Source: Azolla caroliniana
Taxonomy: Eukaryota > Plantae > Polypodiophyta
Assembly (NCBI GenBank): GCA_043228905.1
Contig: JBHGNT010000013.1
Coordinates: forward strand, 372,001-436,000
DNA: 64,000 nucleotides
Direction of reading: 5' to 3'
Within the stretch, counting starts at the first letter, position 1, and each line of letters begins with the position of its first letter. Positions 37,314-48,240 of the stretch are shown one piece after another. The translations under genes were made by a program, and so were the position numbers. The notes beneath the pieces are model-generated. The model was not told where the DNA came from and ran no database searches. It was given only the letters and a program-made list of their open reading frames with translations.

Positions 37314-37789
37314 TGTTATCGGCCGGCAAGGAGTCCAAAATACGGAGTGAAGGAATTAATTAAGTATGGTTGTAAATAAGCATAGTGTGGACGGACAGAC
37401 TGGAAACGATATGTCGTTCCAGATCCGGACGGATCCCGAATAGGTGTGATAGGCACCGTTTTGTACTACGGGCCGGAAACCTATTTAAAGGCCCGGACCC
37501 CATTGTAATCGCAGCGGATAATTAATAGAGCGTATGGTGTTTATACTTCTGTGTTGATTTCCGTTCTGTAATTACTGTTATATCTTACGCGTGTAATTAA
37601 CAAAAGCGCTCTAATCGTGTAACCTACTTAAGTCGGTGTAATCGTTGAGTCATAATCCTATGCCGTAATCACCCTTTGGTGAAGTGTCTCCGTGACACCT
37701 TGTGTTAGGCCTTGTCCGGTCAGAGAACAACACAGTTTTGGCGACCACGATTCCTGCTTTCTCGCAGCGAACGACGGCTTAATGGATGA

Positions 37790-40700
37790 CTAGACCAACG
37801 CACGACCTGGTTGCAGACCGAGCTCGACGCCTCGCCGAATGGCAAAGACGGCGTGAGACTTTCCAGCAAGCAGCGCACGAAATTCGCTCGGATCGTTCGT
37901 TCTCCAACGAGATCCGGAGAGTCGCGGAGGAATCTCTTCGGTTACAGTAAACTCGCGACCAGGACGACGGAAGCGGTCTAAGTAGTCTCCGGGAAACCGA
38001 ACGCCTCCTCGAGGCGCTGGCAAGCGGAGAAAACGAGGCAGAAGCCTTTTCAGCCTACGAATCGGATTCCGAAGGGGGATACAGCGTGCACACGAACTAC
38101 CGGAGCAGCAACGATACCCCCGGCGGCCCGGAGGACGACGGGTCGGATACCGTGCCGACTCCAGAACCGGAACCGTTCGACCAGGGCTATCCGGAACCAC
38201 AAACGGAAGCCGTCAACCCACCAACACCGGAAGTGGAAGAAGCAAAGCCACCGACACCAACGAAAGAGCCGGCGAAGAAACCGGAAAAAGAACCGGAAAA
38301 AGAACCGGAAGTGGAACAGGAGAGAAAACCGGAAAGATATCAACAAACGCCACTAAACCGCGGCCTAATACTGGACGACGACATGCCGTTCCAATACTCA
38401 AAGTATCGCGATGATCCGGACGCGGAAGCGCATGTTCATGCCTTCGAGCAGACATGGGAAGCAAATCACGCGTCCCAGCGATTGACACCGGAGGAAGAAG
38501 AACGCTCGAAGATAGCGGAATTCGGGGTCACGTTGGAAGGACCAGCGGCACGATGGCGGCGGACGCATAACCCGGCAACCATCACAACCTTTGCAGAATT
38601 AAAAGCAAAATTCTTGCATTTTTTCCACAAGGAGGTCGACCAGACGACGATGGTGGGCCTGTTTTATACGATCCGACAGGAGGCAGGGGAAAGCATTCCC
38701 CAATTCGTCATCCGTTTCCAACGAATACATAGCCAGCTTACCCGTGCACCCCCGGAGGAGGAATTACGGACGATATTTTTAAACGCACTCCGGGAACCGT
38801 TACGCACGGTGTGTACGGTGATCGACTTTCGAGGAAGCACCATTGACCAGGTCATTGACCGGGTCAGAGAAATGGAAAAGTCAAGCTCATGGCTTACACT
38901 GGGAGCACTGCAACGGGCGTTACCCACAGATGAAGATCTCCGGTTCCGGCAGGCAATTCAATGCACAATCTGCTTGAATGCCGGACACTCGGCAGTGGAG
39001 TGCACCATGCGAACCCAGTGTGTGATTTGTCAATCCAAGAGTCATACAACGGGCCGGTGCAAGTATAACCTGCTAAACCGACAAGCACCACCCGTTCGAC
39101 GGATCGAGCCAAGAAGCAGCCGAGACGAAGATGAAGATCGTTGGCAAAGAATGAACCGGTACCTATCGGCACAGGATGTTCGGTACGGAAACAGACAAGA
39201 GAATGATGGCCGGTACGGGGATCGGCATGATAACTACGACCGGTATGAGCGTTTTGACCGTTATCGGGAGTCCAACAGACAACACGAGCAATACGACAGA
39301 GACCATTCCCCTGGTTACCGAAGGCACCAGGAGGACTATGGCCGATTTTACGATCCACCATGACAGGACTACCGAAATAAAAATAAGAATAATAAGAAAC
39401 GTAATTTCAAGAAAGGTGGTCACACTTGGGACCCGGAACATGGAACCCCAAGGAGCCAACCGGCACAGAACGCACCACTCACTACGGGACCGACTCCGGC
39501 TACCAGCAATGCTGAATCCAGGAATACCCGTAAAGAGTACTGCTACTACTGCAGGCAGGAAGGCCACTACAGTAACCAGTGCCCGACAAAGAGCTACGAT
39601 AAACGACCAGCAGTTAATATGGTGGTTCCGGAAGTGGCGGATGTACAGCAAGTAACCACACGGTCGAAAGGCATGGCCAAAGAGTGGGAAACACAAGAGG
39701 CCATACGAAAACAGGCGACGGAATGGGTGAAGGAAGCCAATGAAAGGAACGTCGCGGACGCGGAACGGCAAAAGGCGAATACCATAGGGAGTGCCGGCGG
39801 TAGCCATGCAGAAAACGAGACATGGCAAGTACTGCAAGAATGTCAGATCACGTTGCCATTAGGAAGACTCTTGCAGCTCGTGCCGCGATTTACGGAAGGA
39901 CTAAAAACGGTCATGACAGACGGTATAGCCCCACCGGCACCAGTCCTCTTCTCGAATCCGGAGGAGGGACCGACGGTGGTGGACACTAGTAGTCCGGTGA
40001 TTACAGCTATTGTCAAAGGGCACGAACTTCCCGGCACAGTAATCGATGGAGGTTCCGGGGTGAACGTAATAAGCCTCCGCACGTGTGATGCCTTGGGTAT
40101 ACATGAATGGGAGCCATGTCCGTTCTGGCTACGGATGGCGGATACGAGCTCTGTACGGCCGACGGGCTTAATACGGAAATTGGAAGTCACCATAGGAGGT
40201 CACACATTTCACATCTCGGTTGTAGTGCTGCAGCTACAGGCGCAAGGCGCGTACCCACTGTTGCTGGGCAGACCATGGTTGAAAACAGCACACATCAAGC
40301 AAAATTGGCGGAAAAATATGATTACCTTCCGGCGCGGAAAAGCCAAGGTCCGGGTACCGACACAACCACGGACGAGCAACGGTAAGGAATGCACACCGTT
40401 GTATGCGGAATGCGTGAACATGCTTGAAGGGTTGGTAGACGACGAAGAAGCCCAGTACTTGGAGGAACACCCGAAGATCGTACCACTTTTCGAGATTGAC
40501 GTGGCTGAAGCCGTAGCGCCATACTTGCCGCAGCGGGACGAAACCGAAGCCGAACCAGACAAAGATTCGATTCGAGAATTACAGCAAGCACAGGAAGCGT
40601 TAGAACGGGAAATGGCCATTTCCCAACGGGTAAAAACATCCCAGCTCGACGAAGTGAACCTAGGAAGCAAGGACGAATCAAAGCCGGTACACATCGCCAA

Positions 40701-41233
40701 AGAAATGAAGCCGGAAGATAAAGCGGCGATGATCAAACTTCTCACGGAGTTTCGCGACGTATTCGCCTGGTCATACGAAGACATGCGAGGGCTGGACCCT
40801 CAATTATATCAGCATCAGATCCACTTAGGCAAGGACGCGAAACCACTGGCGCAAAGACGTTACCGAATGAACCCCAACTACGCCGCCAAAGTGAAGGAGG
40901 AAATCGACAAACTCCTAAGAGTGGGCTTCATCCGGCCGGTAAAGAAAGCGACGTGGCTGAGCCCCATCGTCGTCGTCCCAAAGAAGAACGGTAAAATCCG
41001 CGTGTGTGTAGATTACAGGAAACTAAATGCAGCCACAATTACGGATGCATTCCCTCTTCCGTTCACGGATGGAGTACTGGATGCCGTCGCCGGCCATGAA
41101 GTTTATAGCTTTTTAGACGGGTTCAGCGGATACAATCAAATCCGGATGCACCCTGACGACCAGGAGAAGACAGCGTTCGTAACCGAATGGGGAGTGTTTG
41201 TGGCCGTAGTAATGATGTTCGGACTAAAAACGG
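37790..41233 (+). pseudogene. gag: gag-protease-RT of Y2 (premature stops; RT split by element Z)
   Basis: ORFs 38086-39363 and 39619-41238 with VIDGGSGVNVI and RVCVDYRKLN; C-to-T type stops relative to Y1. Confidence 0.9.
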
Positions 41234-44200
41234 TGTGAAAGTGTTTTTAGAATCTAAGCCATTGAACATTAGGAGAATATAAAGTATAGATAATTCACCT
41301 TTTGAGGATAAGAACACGAACTAAGACCTTAGGGAAGAAGTCAAAAGTAACAGTACAAGACCAAGAGAAAAGTAAAAAGAGAAAACGCAGACTATAAAAA
41401 ACAGTAAAAATAGAATGGTCATAACTCCCTCGTTGTTTATCCAAATATCACGTTTAAATATGGATTAGAAAGCTTGTAAAAAGAGCTTTCTATAGCTTTT
41501 TAAATCGCTTAATTTGGATATCGGATGAGGGAGATATGACGATTAGAAGGTTGATGTGTCATAGCTAAAAATAGGGAGATAAAAAGCTTCTAAAAATAGC
41601 ATGAACGTGGATAAGAAGAGGAAGGTTATAAAAGAAGAAGTAATATTAGTGAGAAGGGGGCTGAAGAGTGAAGGCCAAAGAGTGGATGAGGAGTGTTAGG
41701 AAGAAGTGTCTTTGTGGAAGAGGAAGTGTCTTAGAAGAGGAAGGTCTTTGGTTTTAGTTCAATGTGGAGTTTGTCTCCTTTGTATTCTCTTGATGTTGGA
41801 ATATCAGAATATTCTTATTTCTTGCTCGCTTTCTCTATCTTTTTTCTTAGTTTCTTGAGTTATACTCTCTAATCATAATTACCTAGAGCTATATAATATA
41901 TTATGATTTTCAACTCCATCTAATCGGTTTGATCAAGCCCTCATATAGTGTATAACTATCTATTATCTTATACACTCTATCATTTTGGCGCTCCAGGGAG
42001 GGCGGATCCTTTCCGTATAGGAGGGAGAACTTATCATTTAATTGTGTTACTATATTACATTAACTTAGCTATGCAATTTGCATTTTCAGGTGAAAGAACA
42101 CAAGATGCGGGTGCCTTTTTGGCATCTTTTGAGCATCATGCTGTCTCTATTGGACGCATCACCGACAATGAGAAGTTACCTTTATTGGTAGCTACATTCT
42201 ATGGTCGAGCTCGAGATTGGTATGACTCTCTTCCTCCAAACCAACAGGGAGCATATCAATTGTTGGTGCACCAGTTTCGTGCCAAATATATTCAACGACG
42301 AAGTGCAACCGAAGTAAGGGAAGAGCTATTTCGACTAAAGATGGAATCACCAATTGGTTTCACTGAGTATGACAGAAATTTCAAGGATTTGTGGACTACA
42401 TGGATTCGTCTTCGTGGCGGCACTGAAGACGAGTGGTTTAAAATGGAACGATTCAAGATGGGTCTTGATATGTATTTCCGTTTGGAAGCAAACTTGAAGG
42501 ATCCCACATCGTTTCAAGCTCTTATCCAAGTTTGTCAAGCTTATGATCGACAAGTGAAGATGATGAGCTCCTTGGGGGATCCCCAAATGACGGCTTTGGG
42601 TGCAAATTTGATGCCTCGTGCCAACTTTCAAGCCTCATCTTCAATTGTGCATGGGGGACAAGTGTTTCCAAATGTGTATACCACCACAACAATAAACCCA
42701 ACAAGTATATCCCAAGAAGTTGAACAAGTGAGGAGTGAACAAGATACCATGGCATTGGTAAATCGGCGCTTTGATGAAGTGATGACCCACTTGCGACAAT
42801 CCCAAGCAATTCACAACACTATTCCCGATGGTGGTGGCTCTAGAGGGCATCACGGTGTAATTTGTTATTCTTGTCAAGAGGAGGGACACATCTCAACAAG
42901 ATGTCCTCATCGACAACAAAGAGGCATGGGAAGAGGCATTTATCAAGTGCAAAGGAATGGACAACGACCTAACAACAATGAAGTCGAAGGAAACGTAACA
43001 CTCCCTATGGCTCAGGTTCCTACAATCCCTCATAATGTGAATCTTCTTAATTTTATTGATGATAGTGATAATTCTTTTGAAGTAGCTCCTGTGAAAAGGA
43101 CAAGGTCCTCGCAAAAGGAGAAAGAAGTTGAAGGAGAATCTAGTGCCTCAAGACAAAAGAAGAAGTCTAAGGAGAATGAGAAAGAGGAAAAATTGAGAAG
43201 GAGACACTCTAGAAGAAAGATCAAGATGGAGGACATTCCTATGGGTGAAGGTGTAGAAGCTTTCAATTTGAAGCATGAGTTGATTTCAAGTGGACCAAGG
43301 ATAACATGGCCGCAACTTCTCCAATTATCTCCCACATTACGAAAGGAGTGGGGGCGACTTGCAAGTATTCGCCAAAGTCGGAAGACTGTGCATTATGTGG
43401 GAATCGTGCGAGTAGAAGATCGAAAGGACATACGACCCACCATCCCCGTCTCCATCAAAGGGTTTCACATCAAAGATGCGTTGGTTGATAGTGGTGCTAG
43501 AGTAAGCTTGATTTCTGAATTTGTGGTAAACAAAGTGGGAATTCCTATAAGTAGGTCATCTTCGGCAAGAGTGGCTGTAGCCGATGGTGGAGTGGTCCAT
43601 TGCATTGGCATAGTGGAGGATGTTGTCATCAAGTGTTTTGGGGTAAGCATTTCCATGGATTTTCATGTAATACCACTAAAAGGACCGTCATATTCTTTGG
43701 TACTAGGACGACCATGGATGCAAGAACTCAATGTTGTCCAAGATTGGAGCAAAGGTTTGATGACCATAACGCCATCAAAAGGAGTGAGCATACATTATGA
43801 TATGCGGCAACAAAGACTTATTGAGAAAGAAGAAGATGGAATAACTGAATATGATAGTGGGTCCGCATATGAAAGTGATGAAAGTGAAGATTCCTCGTCA
43901 GAATGGGAAATGACCACATCATATGCCGTTTTGAAGGAAGAAGATGATGAAGGAGGTTTAATTACTATGGAGCAAAAAGAGAAGATGATTTCTAAAGATC
44001 TTAAAGGGCAAGAGAGGCAACAATTTATTAATTTGATTTCTGAATTTCCTAACCTTTTCATTAGTGATTATGCTCATATTAGGGGTGTAGATGTCATCCA
44101 ACATCACATAAATCTAAAGGAGGGTACAACTCCCGTTGCGCAAAAGTTGCGAAGGCTAGGTCACGTGCAAAAGGAGGCCTTATTAAAGGAAGTCAAAGCT

Positions 44201-47200
44201 TTGTTGCGTGCACAATTCATTTACCCAGTGGAAGATTCTGAATGGGTTTCGCCCATTGTGGTGGTACCTAAAAAGAATGGAAAATGGAGGGTTTGTGTTG
44301 ATTACAAACCTCTAAATGCGGCTACCAAGAGGGATCACTTTCCTCTCCCTTTCCAAGATGAAATATTAGATGAAATTGCGGGTCATGAAATGTACTCTGT
44401 TTGTGATGGCTATTCAGGTTATTTTCAAATTCGTATTGCGGAAGAGGATCAAAAGAAGACGACATTCATCACTCCATGGGGATGCTTTGCATATCGATGC
44501 ATGCCCTTTGGACTCACAAATGCTGTTTTTACATTTAATCGTCTTGCTATTCATGTATTCCAACCATTCTTTGGAAAGTTTGTTAGAGTCTTTATGGATG
44601 ACTTTGCAATTTATAGTAGCAGGAAAGACCATTTGGAAAAGGTTCACTTGGCATTCAAAAGATTGGAGGAATGCAAAATGCAACTCAACCCAGAGAAGTG
44701 TCACATAGGTGAAAAGGAGGTGGTGATGCTTGGTCATGTGGTGTCTCAAGAAGGAATCAAAGTTGATAGCTCAAAGATTGAAGCAATCCAAAAGATGACA
44801 ACACCCACGAGTATCAAAGATTTGGAGGTATTTGTTCAAAAAGTTCGTTACTTTGAACGATTCATTCATATGTTGGCCCAAATTCTCTATCCTTTTCGCA
44901 TTATTCTTCGCACCAACAACTTCTTGTGGACATCTACAACTGAAGAGCAATATGTAAGAATAAAAGAACTATTATGTAATGCTCCTATTCTAAAGCCACC
45001 TGATAGAACATCTACCTTCTTTCTTTCTCTTAGTGTTGGATCTCATGCTATAGGAGCCATTCTTATGCAACAAGATTCTGAAAATAGGCTTATGCATCCT
45101 ATATATTTTATTAGTAAAGCCATGTCTGATGTAGAGAAAGAATTCTTAGAAGTAGAAAAGTGGATGTTAGCTCTTATATATGCTTGTAAAAAGTTTAGAA
45201 GTTTTCTACTACCTCATCATTTTGTAATAATCACTAGCATGTCATTACTCCCATATGTACTCCAACATGTGAGCATTTCAGCACGAATTGCTAAATGGGC
45301 TCTACTATTGGCGGAGTTTGATTTTGAAGTCAAATTGGAATCAACTATGCGTGCCGAATTGGCGGATCTTCTCACCTTTAGAGAAACCTTTCATGAAGAA
45401 GACTTGGTAAAGCTACGAAAGGCACTTCCCGAGCCGGATATGGAGGATGCATTCACCTTATTCTTTGATGGGGCATTTCGCAAAGCCACAAACATAGCCG
45501 TGGGTGGGATTATTCTCAAGGATCCTCAAGGAGACAGAGTAAAAAGTGAAGGTATTACATTAAGTGGTGTGAATTCAAATAATGAAGCGGAGTATGCTAC
45601 CTTGTGTTATGGTCTTCGTCTATGTAAAGCTATGAAGATAAAAAGATTAATTCTTAAGGGTGATTCCTTATTGGTAATTAAACAAATTCAAGGCAATTGG
45701 AAATGTCAAAGTGATGGGCTTAGAAATTTTTATAAAGAAGCAATGAGTCTACTAAGGTCTTTTGAAAAGATACAGGTTAAGCATGTGGGGAGATTATACA
45801 ATAAAGAAGCGGATGCATTAGCTCAAGCCCAATTAGATAAGATCAAGGAAGGTTTCGTTGGTGTTTTGGAGACGTGCAAAGATGTAGACTCCCTAGAGGA
45901 AGTACATAATTTTCTTAATAAAGGAGAGTTTCCAAATAACCTCAATGCTTTGCAAAGAAAGCGTTTGGTGGCAAAGGCTTCACAATATCATTTGGTGGGT
46001 GAAGATTTGTACAACAAAGGGAAAGATGGAGTTTTACGAAGAGTTCCTAACAAAAGCGAGATTATAAAGATACTCTTTAAGTTGCATGAAGAAGTTTGTG
46101 GAGGGCATTTAGCCCATGATATAATGATAAGAAAGATTTTACTAATTGGTTTTACATGGCCTACTATCCATAGGGATGTGCATGATTGGTGTAGATCTTG
46201 TGATGCATGTCAAAAAGCGGGAATAAGACATCTACAAAGTGGACCTTTACAACCCATTGTGGTGTTTGCTCCATTCGAGAAATGGGGAATTGATGCAGTA
46301 GGACCTCTTCCGAAAACTCAACATGGTAAAGAGTTTATTTTGGTGGCCATTGACTACATGACAAAGTGGGTGGAAGCTATAGCAACTTCCTCGATTAAAG
46401 CCAAAGATGTAGCCCAATTTGTGTATAAGAATATTTGTACTAGATTTGGAGTTCCCATGGAGATTGTATCCGATCATGGACCCGGTTTTAGGAGTGAAAT
46501 GTTAGCTTGTCTATTAAGCAAGTTGAAGATTAAGCATCGATATTCAACGCCTTATTATCCTCAAGCAAATGGTGCAGTTGAGAAAGTGAATGGGCTTATA
46601 GTGAAGAATTTGACAAAGTTAGTGCAAGACAAAGTAAGAACATGGGATAGGTATTTGGATGATACTCTTTGGGCTTATAGAGTTTCTTATAAATCCTCCA
46701 CAGGTTTTACTCCTTTTTATTTGGTTTATGGAAAAGAAGCGTTACTTCCGATCGAACTTGAGATCAAAAGTAATAGACTAATGGAGGCATCGCATCGCTC
46801 AAAAGGAAATGATGTGATGAGTCGTTTAGCGAGCAACCATCTACTACAATATTCAAGAGAAGAAGCTGTGGAGCATTACTTAAATCAAGCAATGAAGAGA
46901 AAGGAGGCATATGACAAAAAACACAAGGGCAACCACATTGAAGAAGGATCATTGGTTCTTAGGTATGATAATAGATATGATTATATTCAAGGACAAAAGC
47001 TTGATAATAAGTGGGAAGGACCCTTTGTGGTTCACAAAAAGTATGACAACGGAAGTTACCAATTGAAAGATGTGGATGGAGCACTTCATTCTTATCGAGT
47101 GAACGGATGGCGCCTTAAAAAGTATGTAACTCGGGGACCTACTTATATTCCCCAAGTTACTAATGATATTGTTGATACGGATGGATGGGAGCAAGAAGTG

Positions 47201-48240
47201 GACTTGTTTCCCCATACATTATTTTCTTAATAGTCCATATTGTAGACCCATCTTTCTCTCTATTAACAAAAAGGAAGATGGTAATAGTGATTATTTTTTT
47301 TATTTGTAGAGAATGTGAGGTTTTTCCTACCGATTAGCGGGGGTTTTACTCACATCTTTTTATTTTCTTTTTATTATATCTCTCTCATTGTCTATAGCCA
47401 AGAGATTGGCGAGAGAGCTTTTGTTTGTTAAGTACTGCCAATAAGTGCTTCGCCATAAATGGCTTAGCCTCTAACAAGGGGGAGGGCTAAATGTGAAAGT
47501 GTTTTTAGAATCTAAGCCATTGAACATTAGGAGAATATAAAGTATAGATAATTCACCTTTTGAGGATAAGAACACGAACTAAGACCTTAGGGAAGAAGTC
47601 AAAAGTAACAGTACAAGACCAAGAGAAAAGTAAAAAGAGAAAACGCAGACTATAAAAAACAGTAAAAATAGAATGGTCATAACTCCCTCGTTGTTTATCC
47701 AAATATCACGTTTAAATATGGATTAGAAAGCTTGTAAAAAGAGCTTTCTATAGCTTTTTAAATCGCTTAATTTGGATATCGGATGAGGGAGATATGACGA
47801 TTAGAAGGTTGATGTGTCATAGCTAAAAATAGGGAGATAAAAAGCTTCTAAAAATAGCATGAACGTGGATAAGAAGAGGAAGGTTATAAAAGAAGAAGTA
47901 ATATTAGTGAGAAGGGGGCTGAAGAGTGAAGGCCAAAGAGTGGATGAGGAGTGTTAGGAAGAAGTGTCTTTGTGGAAGAGGAAGTGTCTTAGAAGAGGAA
48001 GGTCTTTGGTTTTACTTCAATGTGGAGTTTGTCTCCTTTGTATTCTCTTGATGTTGGAATATCAGAATATTCTTATTTCTTGCTCGCTTTCTCTATCTTT
48101 TTTCTTAGTTTCTTGAGTTATACTCTCTAATCATAATTACCTAGAGCTATATAATATATTATGATTTTCAACTCCATCTAATCGGTTTGATCAAGCCCTC
48201 ATATAGTGTATAACTATCTATTATCTTATACACTCTATCA
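41234..48240 (+). mobile_element. Intact Tat-like Ty3/gypsy element Z
   Basis: 749-bp LTRs 41234-41982 and 47492-48240 (one difference seen by eye), PBS TGGCGCTCCAGGG, PPT AAGGGGGAGGG, TSD AACGG (41229-41233 / 48241-48245). Confidence 0.95.
42071..47230 (+). CDS. pol: Gag-Pol polyprotein: gag, CCHC, protease, RT, degenerate RH, additional archaeal-type RNase H, integrase
   Basis: Uninterrupted ORF: CYSCQEEGHISTRC, LVDSGA, FMDD, LFFDGAF...NNEAEY...GDSLLV...NKEADALA, WGIDAVGP, WEGPF. Confidence 0.95.
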   Translation: MQFAFSGERTQDAGAFLASFEHHAVSIGRITDNEKLPLLVATFYGRARDWYDSLPPNQQGAYQLLVHQFRAKYIQRRSATEVREELFRLKMESPIGFTEYDRNFKDLWTTWIRLRGGTEDEWFKMERFKMGLDMYFRLEANLKDPTSFQALIQVCQAYDRQVKMMSSLGDPQMTALGANLMPRANFQASSSIVHGGQVFPNVYTTTTINPTSISQEVEQVRSEQDTMALVNRRFDEVMTHLRQSQAIHNTIPDGGGSRGHHGVICYSCQEEGHISTRCPHRQQRGMGRGIYQVQRNGQRPNNNEVEGNVTLPMAQVPTIPHNVNLLNFIDDSDNSFEVAPVKRTRSSQKEKEVEGESSASRQKKKSKENEKEEKLRRRHSRRKIKMEDIPMGEGVEAFNLKHELISSGPRITWPQLLQLSPTLRKEWGRLASIRQSRKTVHYVGIVRVEDRKDIRPTIPVSIKGFHIKDALVDSGARVSLISEFVVNKVGIPISRSSSARVAVADGGVVHCIGIVEDVVIKCFGVSISMDFHVIPLKGPSYSLVLGRPWMQELNVVQDWSKGLMTITPSKGVSIHYDMRQQRLIEKEEDGITEYDSGSAYESDESEDSSSEWEMTTSYAVLKEEDDEGGLITMEQKEKMISKDLKGQERQQFINLISEFPNLFISDYAHIRGVDVIQHHINLKEGTTPVAQKLRRLGHVQKEALLKEVKALLRAQFIYPVEDSEWVSPIVVVPKKNGKWRVCVDYKPLNAATKRDHFPLPFQDEILDEIAGHEMYSVCDGYSGYFQIRIAEEDQKKTTFITPWGCFAYRCMPFGLTNAVFTFNRLAIHVFQPFFGKFVRVFMDDFAIYSSRKDHLEKVHLAFKRLEECKMQLNPEKCHIGEKEVVMLGHVVSQEGIKVDSSKIEAIQKMTTPTSIKDLEVFVQKVRYFERFIHMLAQILYPFRIILRTNNFLWTSTTEEQYVRIKELLCNAPILKPPDRTSTFFLSLSVGSHAIGAILMQQDSENRLMHPIYFISKAMSDVEKEFLEVEKWMLALIYACKKFRSFLLPHHFVIITSMSLLPYVLQHVSISARIAKWALLLAEFDFEVKLESTMRAELADLLTFRETFHEEDLVKLRKALPEPDMEDAFTLFFDGAFRKATNIAVGGIILKDPQGDRVKSEGITLSGVNSNNEAEYATLCYGLRLCKAMKIKRLILKGDSLLVIKQIQGNWKCQSDGLRNFYKEAMSLLRSFEKIQVKHVGRLYNKEADALAQAQLDKIKEGFVGVLETCKDVDSLEEVHNFLNKGEFPNNLNALQRKRLVAKASQYHLVGEDLYNKGKDGVLRRVPNKSEIIKILFKLHEEVCGGHLAHDIMIRKILLIGFTWPTIHRDVHDWCRSCDACQKAGIRHLQSGPLQPIVVFAPFEKWGIDAVGPLPKTQHGKEFILVAIDYMTKWVEAIATSSIKAKDVAQFVYKNICTRFGVPMEIVSDHGPGFRSEMLACLLSKLKIKHRYSTPYYPQANGAVEKVNGLIVKNLTKLVQDKVRTWDRYLDDTLWAYRVSYKSSTGFTPFYLVYGKEALLPIELEIKSNRLMEASHRSKGNDVMSRLASNHLLQYSREEAVEHYLNQAMKRKEAYDKKHKGNHIEEGSLVLRYDNRYDYIQGQKLDNKWEGPFVVHKKYDNGSYQLKDVDGALHSYRVNGWRLKKYVTRGPTYIPQVTNDIVDTDGWEQEVDLFPHTLFS

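Noticed and set aside
41948-42070. N-terminal extension of the 1760-aa ORF, and the same start on the 886-aa ORF at 48206
   Set aside because: Both begin at a GTG inside the Z LTR; they are read-through artefacts of the ORF caller.
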